DNA of 64,000 nt from a virus. Below the pieces are notes generated by a model. The model was not told the DNA's origin. It was given only the letters and a program-made list of their open reading frames with translations, and searched no databases. A program made the translations under genes and the position numbers. The stretch covers positions 1-64,000 of the IMG/VR virus record IMGVR_UViG_3300020048_003367. One strand, given 5' to 3'. The first letter of the stretch is position 1; the number at the start of each line of letters is the position of its first letter. Below are positions 1 to 5,105 of this stretch, piece by piece.

Positions 1-72
1 CAGGGTGAGATTTGAACTCACGGTTTTAGGGATTTGCAATCCCTTGCGTTGGGCCGCTCCGCCACCTGTGCA
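1..72 (-). tRNA. tRNA-Cys(GCA), 3' end cut by window edge
   Basis: RC anticodon arm GGGA-TTGCAAA-TCCC; T-loop GTTCAAATC. Confidence 0.9.
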
Positions 73-79
73 TAAAAAT

Positions 80-153
80 TGGTCTCGGTAGCAGGAATCG
101 AACCTACGCTCCTGCGTCCCAAACGCAGAGTGATACCATTTCACCATACCGAG
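80..153 (-). tRNA. tRNA-Pro(TGG)
   Basis: Cloverleaf, CTGCG-TTTGGGA-CGCAG, encoded CCA. Confidence 0.92.
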
Positions 154-162
154 AAAACTAAC

Positions 163-238
163 TGGTACATCCTGACGGGCTCGAACCGCCGACATCAACC
201 GTGTAAGGATCGCGCTCTACCAACTGAGCTAAGGATGC
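163..238 (-). tRNA. tRNA-Val(TAC)
   Basis: Cloverleaf, loop CTTACAC, CCA. Confidence 0.92.
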
Positions 239-245
239 AAAAAAC

Positions 246-319
246 TGGAGCGGGGTACGAGGATCGAACTCGTCTCACTAGCTTGGAAGGCTAGAGCACA
301 GCCACTATACCAACCCCGC
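246..319 (-). tRNA. tRNA-Gly(TCC)
   Basis: CTAGC-CTTCCAA-GCTAG, GCG acceptor, U73, CCA. Confidence 0.93.
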
Positions 320-332
320 GTTAAATACGTTC

Positions 333-497
333 ATGTATATATATGATGCTATCACCAAGACCGGACTACTAATCCACTTGTCCATGAGCGAAGAACACAC
401 TTTCTACATTCTTGTGTTTGACATTGACAACTTCAAGTTGACCATGAAGTTTTTTAACAATATCGAAACAGCACTTGCTTTTATACAAGAGCTTTGA
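333..497 (+). CDS. 54-aa hypothetical protein antisense to the tRNA array (not in ORF track)
   Basis: MYIYDAITKTGLLIHLSMSEEHTFYILVFDIDNFKLTMKFFNNIETALAFIQEL*; fills the gap between two tRNAs; TAAATA 5 nt before ATG. Confidence 0.65.
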   Translation: MYIYDAITKTGLLIHLSMSEEHTFYILVFDIDNFKLTMKFFNNIETALAFIQEL

Positions 498-498
498 T

Positions 499-573
499 TG
501 GTGGTTGTAGTTGGTATCGATCCAACCTCCTCGGCTTATGAAGCCGGTGCGCATCCGTCTACGCCACACAACC
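499..573 (-). tRNA. tRNA(CAT), Met or Ile2; atypical T-loop ATCGATA
   Basis: CCGGC-TTCATAA-GCCGA; CCA. Confidence 0.82.
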
Positions 574-579
574 AGATTC

Positions 580-656
580 TGGGGTATAGTATGGAATTCG
601 AATCCATGCTGACGGAATCACAATCCGTAGTGCTAACCGCTGACACTAACTACACC
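580..656 (-). tRNA. tRNA-His(GTG)
   Basis: ACGGA-TTGTGAT-TCCGT, G-1 and C73. Confidence 0.92.
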
Positions 657-764
657 ATATAGAAACACACTCATTTCCTAGCTTTCGGTAAGCATGCCTG
701 CTGTTTAGGATAGCACCTGCGTCCAGTTGCTAGGTATCCCGACCGTGAATGTGTTTTTATATGG
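655..764 (-). ncRNA. Long-stem element A (AAACACA...TGTGTTT family)
   Basis: Terminal inverted repeat ccatatagaaacacactca / tgaatgtgtttttatatgg. Confidence 0.55.
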
Positions 765-836
765 TAGGGGCACAGAGAATTGAACTCTGATAGGTCGGTT
801 AAAAGCCGACTACTTTAGCCGTTAAGTTATACCCCC
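762..836 (-). tRNA. tRNA-Lys(TTT)
   Basis: GTCGG-CTTTTAA-CCGAC, CCA. Confidence 0.92.
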
Positions 837-839
837 ATA

Positions 840-914
840 TGGTCCATGCTCTGAGAATCGAACTCAGTTTGTCCGGGTAAGAGCCGGGTACTTCGCCAGC
901 AAAGTTTAGCATGG
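840..914 (-). tRNA. tRNA-Lys(CTT)
   Basis: CCGG-CTCTTAC-CCGG, CCA. Confidence 0.88.
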
Positions 915-997
915 ATGGATCGTAAAGTTTTGTCTTTTACGTGCCATCCAGGACCATACGGGGGTCTAGGATGACACTAGAGTTTACCTCGTTTCAT
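913..997 (-). promoter_or_regulatory. Minigene MKRGKL* (977-997) plus two alternative hairpins directly upstream of tRNA-Lys
   Basis: AAAGG SD-like; GTGTCATCC/GGATGGCAC competes with GGATGG..CGTAAAAG/CTTTACG..CCATCC. Confidence 0.55.
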
Positions 998-1024
998 GTC
1001 GTTACCTTTTGTGTTTAAGTTCTA

Positions 1025-1053
1025 ATTATACAACAATTACAGAATGTTGTCAA
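1025..1053 (-). promoter_or_regulatory. sigma70 promoter
   Basis: Perfect TTGACA-N17-TATAAT. Confidence 0.9.
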
Positions 1054-1062
1054 CTGTTTTTT

Positions 1063-1140
1063 TGGTGCGTCCCGAGGAATTCGAATCCCCAACCTCACGG
1101 CTTCGTAGGCCGGTGTTCTATCCAGTTGAACTAGAGACGC
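1063..1140 (-). tRNA. tRNA-Arg(ACG)
   Basis: CGGC-CTACGAA-GCCG, CCA. Confidence 0.92.
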
Positions 1141-1148
1141 ATTGTGAG

Positions 1149-1224
1149 TGGTGCCACGAGCTGGACTCGAACCAGCCACACACAGATTTTCAGTCTGCTG
1201 CTCTACCTGATGAGCTACCGCGGC
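1149..1224 (-). tRNA. tRNA-Phe(GAA)
   Basis: GCAGA-CTGAAAA-TCTGT, CCA. Confidence 0.93.
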
Positions 1225-1281
1225 GAAAAGAAATAGTCCAGGGACTTTCGTCACGTCAGGAGTGAGTGTAGACTATAAGAG

Positions 1282-1355
1282 TGGTGCCCCACGACAGAAT
1301 CGAACTGCCATCACAGGATTACAAAACCAGTGTACTGCCATTGTACTAGTAGGGC
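1282..1355 (-). tRNA. tRNA-Thr(TGT), weak anticodon stem
   Basis: GCC acceptor, loop TTTGTAA, T-loop GTTCGATTC; two U-U mismatches in anticodon stem. Confidence 0.8.
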
Positions 1356-1360
1356 GAATT

Positions 1361-1435
1361 TGGCTCCTCGACCTGGGCTCGAACCAGGGACCAATTGATT
1401 AACAGTCAACTACTCTACCACTGAGCTATCGAGGA
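1361..1435 (-). tRNA. tRNA-Asn(GTT)
   Basis: TCC acceptor, GTTGA-CTGTTAA-TCAAT, G73. Confidence 0.93.
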
Positions 1436-1442
1436 ATAAACA

Positions 1443-1518
<76 letters not shown>

Positions 1519-1526
1519 ATGTTGTT

Positions 1527-1616
1527 TGGCGGAACGACTGAGACTCGAACTCAGAAAGCCACTTTCGTGACTCGATGGATTAGCAATCCACTCCAATACC
1601 ATTATGGGACCGTTCC
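1527..1616 (-). tRNA. tRNA-Ser(GCT)
   Basis: GTGGA-TTGCTAA-TCCAT, long variable arm, G73. Confidence 0.92.
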
Positions 1617-1662
1617 ACTGACTTTTTACTTATAGACAGCACTCGCACCGACTACAAAAACT

Positions 1663-1741
1663 TGGCTCCGTGTGTGAGATTCGAACTCACCTAGTCACTG
1701 ATTAACAGTCAGGTCCTTGCACCTAGCTTGGATTTCACGGA
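1663..1741 (-). tRNA. tRNA-Asn(GTT), second divergent copy
   Basis: CTGA-CTGTTAA-TCAG, GCCA end. Confidence 0.85.
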
Positions 1742-1749
1742 ATAAAAAT

Positions 1750-1823
1750 TGGTAGCTCCAACAAGAATCGAACTTGTAATAAAGGCTTATCAAGCCTCCG
1801 TTATACCGTTTAACTATAGAGCT
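1750..1823 (-). tRNA. tRNA-Ile(GAT)
   Basis: GAGGC-TTGATAA-GCCTT, CCA. Confidence 0.9.
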
Positions 1824-1830
1824 GCAATAC

Positions 1831-1904
1831 TGGCACGGGAACCTGGGATCGAACCAGGGACGACAGAGTCAAAGTCTGTTGTGTTACCTCTACACCATTC
1901 CCGA
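1831..1904 (-). tRNA. tRNA-Gln(TTG)
   Basis: ACAGA-CTTTGAC-TCTGT, GCCA. Confidence 0.92.
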
Positions 1905-1913
1905 ACAAAAACT

Positions 1914-1990
1914 TGGCGTACCGCCAGGGATTCGAACCCCGAACCGCTGGTTTTGGAGACCAGAACTCTGCCAATTGAGCTAGCGATACA
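1914..1990 (-). tRNA. tRNA-Trp(CCA)
   Basis: CTGGT-CTCCAAA-ACCAG, GCCA. Confidence 0.92.
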
Positions 1991-1998
1991 TTAACATA

Positions 1999-2073
1999 TG
2001 GTGGACCGTAACGGGATCGAACCGTTCCTTAAGGCTTGCAAAGCCCTCGTGCCCCCAACAACACTTACAGCCC
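1999..2073 (-). tRNA. tRNA-Ala(TGC)
   Basis: Loop TTTGCAA, G3:U70 pair, ACCA. Confidence 0.92.
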
Positions 2074-2076
2074 ATA

Positions 2077-2184
2077 CATTCTAAAACACACTATGAGAAT
2101 CACACTTCCCAAGTTCTCACGCTTGGTTACAACTAGAAGTTACGGACTGATTTGGCAGTCCTGTGAGGAGTGTGTTTTAGAATG
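2077..2184 (-). ncRNA. Long-stem element B
   Basis: cattctaaaacacact / agtgtgttttagaatg, perfect 16-bp terminal stem. Confidence 0.55.
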
Positions 2185-2325
2185 CAGTGTATTGCTACAC
2201 CACATGACGGGGTTGATACCCCGACCAGGAGTCTTACTAGTGCGTTCTCACCACACGTTCATGTATCCTGTCCGCCCGTTTGCCTAGTTTAGTGTGCTGG
2301 CTGAGTCCTCGTTACTCATTACACA
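2185..2325 (-). ncRNA. Multi-hairpin structured RNA immediately after the attenuator terminator
   Basis: RC hairpins CGGGG-TATCAA-CCCCG and GTGTA-GCAA-TACAC; long-range CATGA/TCATG and CAGGA/TCCTG. Confidence 0.45.
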
Positions 2326-2326
2326 T

Positions 2327-2363
2327 AAAGAAAAACCCTGGAGTTTTTAGTTCCAGGGTCTTT
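2327..2363 (-). terminator. Intrinsic terminator of attenuator 1
   Basis: RC AAGACCCTGGA-ACTAAAAAC-TCCAGGGTTTTTCTTT. Confidence 0.85.
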
Positions 2364-2384
2364 TGAGTTTGTTAGTTACTGCTG

Positions 2385-2516
2385 TTATGCGTAACCACCA
2401 CCTTCACAAGACCCTGCGACTCCCGGAATACTATTCACGCGACCAAAGGCGTGCGACCAGGCTGTATTCGCCTGGAGCATGGATTTAGTTTGCAGTGAAC
2501 AAGAGATAGAAGTCAT
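2385..2516 (-). CDS. Leader peptide 1, 43 aa (not in ORF track)
   Basis: MTSISCSLQTKSMLQANTAWSHAFGRVNSIPGVAGSCEGGGYA*; SD AAGGA; 3' part carries the antiterminator strand CAGGGTCTT. Confidence 0.75.
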   Translation of the reverse strand: MTSISCSLQTKSMLQANTAWSHAFGRVNSIPGVAGSCEGGGYA

Positions 2517-2564
2517 TTTGTTTCCTTGGGTTACTCAATCAGCATTGCTGCTGTTCAAGTGTTA

Positions 2565-2593
2565 ATTATACTTTACTTAGTGATTGTTGTCAA
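2565..2593 (-). promoter_or_regulatory. sigma70 promoter driving leader 1
   Basis: Perfect TTGACA-N17-TATAAT. Confidence 0.9.
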
Positions 2594-2639
2594 CCACTAA
2601 ATGTTTTCAGTGCTGTATTTATACAACACGCCTTGAAAT

Positions 2640-2713
2640 TGGATGCGGGTGACAGATTTGAACTGCCGATGCACCTGGCTTATGAGACCGGTGTGGTGAC
2701 CACCCTACCCGCG
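2640..2713 (-). tRNA. Initiator-like tRNA(CAT) with reduced D-arm
   Basis: C1:A72 mismatch (CGCGGGT/ACCCGCA), CTCATAA loop; D region only GGTG-GT-CACC. Confidence 0.7.
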
Positions 2714-2769
2714 TAATTATTTATATCACATTATAGCTGACATCACATATGACGTCAACTGATTTTGGA

Positions 2770-2960
2770 TAAACTGAGCAGCCTACTATCTGATGTTTAA
2801 AGGTACTGACCGCTTTGATGCGCTCACTTCCTTCCACCAACATGGCTCGACTGTGACTAGCAGTCATGGTAACTTAATCCCCAGAGGTAGTGGATCAACT
2901 GGTGTCCCTGATAGTTGGGCCCATCGTCATTGAGTTTTTAACACAAGCCACTCAGTTTAA
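2770..2960 (-). ncRNA. ~190-nt RNA closed by a terminal stem
   Basis: RC AAACTGAGTGGCTT...AGGCTGCTCAGTTT; no convincing ORF. Confidence 0.4.
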
Positions 2961-2965
2961 CTTTT

Positions 2966-3057
2966 TGGTACCCCCACCGGGAATTGAACCCAGATGAACC
3001 AATTATCTGTTGCTTACGGGATATAAATCCGCCGTTTTACCATTAAACTATAGGGGT
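2966..3057 (-). tRNA. tRNA-Ile(TAT) with long variable region
   Basis: GCGGA-TTTATAT-CCCGT; ~22-nt variable region; ACCA. Confidence 0.75.
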
Positions 3058-3063
3058 AATTTC

Positions 3064-3155
3064 CCATTGAAAAACACACTCTTGAACAGTCCATAAGCGG
3101 TTACTCGCTGTCTCCCTAGGTAACAGGGCGAATCTGTAAGTGTGTTTATCAATGG
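3064..3155 (-). ncRNA. Long-stem element C
   Basis: ccattgaaaaacacact / agtgtgtttatcaatgg. Confidence 0.55.
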
Positions 3156-3226
3156 CGTCGCATACGGGTTACGATCCTGTCTGGTCACCTTTCAAGGTGA
3201 TAACCTCACCAGAAGTCTAATGCGAC
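3153..3226 (-). tRNA. Glu-like tRNA body with a non-7-nt anticodon loop (pseudo- or decoy tRNA)
   Basis: Acceptor GTCGCAT/ATGCGAC-GCCA; TCACC-TTGAAA-GGTGA; T-loop ATCGTAA. Confidence 0.6.
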
Positions 3227-3453
3227 ATGTTGAATTTGAAAGTAGTTGCGCCACTCGTTCATCGCAACCATTCGCCCGATTGCACTAGCCCGGACAGGAA
3301 GTGGTAAGTCACTTGGGATACTAGTCCAGTTTGTCTCCGTTACAGACACCACCCTTCCGAGTGGTTGGGAGTTGAACCCATCACCTTCTACTAACTTGGT
3401 CCTTCGAAGAAACCTCATTAGCGTGTTGTTCTCTTGCTGACACTCTCAAAACT

Positions 3454-3528
3454 TGGCGACTCGTGGGAGAATCGAACTCCCGTAAGCGGATAGACAATCC
3501 GCAGTAATGACCTCTATACGAACGAGCC
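3454..3528 (-). tRNA. tRNA-Asp(GTC)
   Basis: GCGGA-TTGTCTA-TCCGC, GCCA. Confidence 0.92.
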
Positions 3529-3534
3529 TTAACT

Positions 3535-3623
3535 TGGTGGAGTGTGATAGAATCGAACTACTTGGCAACCACCCCACTTGACAATGCCTACCGGGTTACA
3601 GCCGGCAATGGGGAACACACTCC
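3535..3623 (-). tRNA. D-armless tRNA-Tyr(GTA)-like RNA
   Basis: Acceptor GGAGTGT/ACACTCC-ACCA, GCCGG-CTGTAAC-CCGGT, normal T arm; only ~10 nt replace the D arm. Confidence 0.7.
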
Positions 3624-3743
3624 AAAAACTTTAGACTACTAGACCCGATCATAACTGCAACCAAGCAGCATGGCAACGGATTTTTCATCAGGGCGGCGTA
3701 CTGCATTCTGCTGGTTAGGCGTCCTGCCTCGGCAACCCAAAAC

Positions 3744-3828
3744 TGGTGGAGATGATAGGGATCGAACCTATCGTGACCGAAGTCGGAGGAGTTACAGTCC
3801 CCTGCCACACCATTGCGGCGTCATCTCC
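3744..3828 (-). tRNA. tRNA-Tyr(GTA)
   Basis: GGGGA-CTGTAAC-TCCTC, variable arm, ACCA. Confidence 0.92.
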
Positions 3829-3833
3829 AGATA

Positions 3834-3906
3834 GCAGTTGGAATCTTACTTCGTCACGCTCTAGACGTAACGGTCTGATGGAGCAAACCACGATTCAAGC
3901 AACTGC
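3834..3906 (-). ncRNA. Small stem-closed RNA between tRNA-Asp and tRNA-Tyr
   Basis: RC GCAGTTG..GAATC...GATTC-CAACTGC. Confidence 0.4.
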
Positions 3907-3913
3907 CAAAACT

Positions 3914-3988
3914 TGGCGCGACATGGGAGAATCGAACTCCCGTCTTCGGATAGACAATCCGAGATAATGACCATTATATGAATGCCGC
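3914..3988 (-). tRNA. tRNA-Asp(GTC), second copy
   Basis: TCGGA-TTGTCTA-TCCGA, GCCA. Confidence 0.92.
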
Positions 3989-3994
3989 TAAAAT

Positions 3995-4195
3995 TGGATA
4001 AGCTACTTGTTTCCACGCAAGCCCTTAATTGAGTTGTTACACTGTCCATCTCCATTTATTCGAAGTCTGTGTGCAGTTGAGATTCTGCCTATCAGATTCT
4101 GCGGGGGTAGTTTCCATCCCTGCGCTTACGGTCTTCTGCCACCGGAACTCTGTCGCTATTCAAACGCTACTTTAAAGAAAGTAGTAACTGGATTC
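3995..4195 (-). ncRNA. ~200-nt structured RNA candidate
   Basis: RC terminal pairing CTACTT/AAGTAG; internal hairpins CCGGTGGCAGAAGACCG and GGGATGGAAACTACCC. Confidence 0.4.
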
Positions 4196-4281
4196 TTGAC
4201 GCAATCGGAACAGTACTCCGATATCTACACTAAGGTACCCTAGTGTCGTTTTGTTCTAGTATTAAACTATGCGAAATTCTT

Positions 4282-4356
4282 TGGAAGAGCATAGGAGAAT
4301 CGAACTCCTCTTGGCTGGATGAAAACCAGCTGTCCTAACCGATAGACGAATGCTCC
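4282..4356 (-). tRNA. tRNA-Glu(TTC)
   Basis: GCTGG-TTTTCAT-CCAGC, T-loop GTTCGATTC, CCA. Confidence 0.88.
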
Positions 4357-4420
4357 ATGTAAAAATTCACTGTGCTCATCTGCTTATTAAGGCGATTTGA
4401 CTGTTCGGCACAGTGAATAA

Positions 4421-4502
4421 AATCATATTGAAACACACTGGATAACCACCATACTTCCGGGTCTTACGCCGGCTATGTCTCTCAGAATGTTTCAATATGA
4501 TT
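4421..4502 (-). ncRNA. Long-stem element D
   Basis: aatcatattgaaaca / tgtttcaatatgatt, 15-bp stem. Confidence 0.5.
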
Positions 4503-4597
4503 CCTCGCTACACGTTCTTTCACAAGATTGTGGACTGTTATCACTGGGCAACAAAATCGTGCTTTGTGTTGTCTTGCGAGGATATCATACAAGTAAG

Positions 4598-4638
4598 TTT
4601 TTAAGGAACCTTACAGCAGCTACTCGATCGTTTGCTGC
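4598..4638 (-). promoter_or_regulatory. boxB-like hairpin plus boxA-like antitermination site
   Basis: RC CAGCAAAC...GCTGCTG then GTTCCTTAAAAA (cf. rrn boxA GYTCTTTAANA). Confidence 0.5.
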
Positions 4639-4647
4639 TAAGTGTTT

Positions 4648-4676
4648 ATTATAACACTGTTTGGAATATTCGTCAA
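4648..4676 (-). promoter_or_regulatory. sigma70 promoter (tandem, proximal)
   Basis: TTGACG-N17-TATAAT, extended -10 TG. Confidence 0.85.
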
Positions 4677-4743
4677 CTGCTTCTGTGTCTCTTAGCAGTG
4701 CTACCGTTTCCGGAGCAGTTGTGTTTCTTCCTAACTAGCCACT

Positions 4744-4772
4744 AGTATAACACGATGTGCAATATTAGTCAA
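4744..4772 (-). promoter_or_regulatory. sigma70 promoter (tandem, middle)
   Basis: TTGACT-N17-TATACT, extended -10 TG. Confidence 0.8.
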
Positions 4773-4842
4773 CTTGTTTTGCAAAAGCCCCGCATCACTA
4801 CAGGGTCTTTGCAAACTTTGCTGTCTTTCCCGACTTGTATCT

Positions 4843-4871
4843 ATTATAACACTGTTTCAATTATTGGTCTA
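4843..4871 (-). promoter_or_regulatory. sigma70 promoter (tandem, distal)
   Basis: TAGACC-N17-TATAAT, extended -10 TG. Confidence 0.7.
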
Positions 4872-4877
4872 GCACTT

Positions 4878-4908
4878 AAAGAAAAACCCGCATCATGTGC
4901 GGGTCTTT
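4878..4908 (-). terminator. Intrinsic terminator of attenuator 2
   Basis: RC AAAGACCCGCA-CATGA-TGCGGGTTTTTCTTT. Confidence 0.85.
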
Positions 4909-4927
4909 GTGGAATGTAGTACTTTTG

Positions 4928-5026
4928 TTAACTACAATGACAAAGACCTCGCCCACAATCGTGTTCATAGGCCTGCTCATAATTGGCAGGTATGTTTTTG
5001 AACGCGAATGCTGTTTGTGTCATCAT
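4928..5026 (-). CDS. Leader peptide 2, 32 aa, probably leaderless (not in ORF track)
   Basis: MMTQTAFAFKNIPANYEQAYEHDCGRGLCHCS*; ATG 5 nt after TATAAT; 3' part GGTCTTTGT..TGTAGT is the antiterminator strand. Confidence 0.7.
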   Translation of the reverse strand: MMTQTAFAFKNIPANYEQAYEHDCGRGLCHCS

Positions 5027-5063
5027 AGTGTATTATATATATGCCTGTGAACTAAAAGTCAAT

Positions 5064-5090
5064 AAAAAAGGTGCCCGAAAGCACCTTTTT
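5064..5090 (-). terminator. Terminator after porin
   Basis: aaaaaaggtgc-ccgaaa-gcaccttttt. Confidence 0.8.
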
Positions 5091-5105
5091 GAACACATGC
5101 TTGGA

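Noticed and set aside
914-997. Amber read-through or alternative genetic code at MKRGKL-TAG
   Set aside because: No suppressor tRNA was seen, long genes are intact in the standard code, and the read-through frame runs into tRNA genes.
1230-1278. Possible hammerhead ribozyme (CTGACG...GAAA)
   Set aside because: GAAA is the tetraloop of a GAC/GTC hairpin and the CUGANGA core and stem geometry are missing; at most a small structured spacer.
2770-2960. 6S RNA call
   Set aside because: Size and terminal stem fit, but I could not trace the continuous rod with a central bubble.
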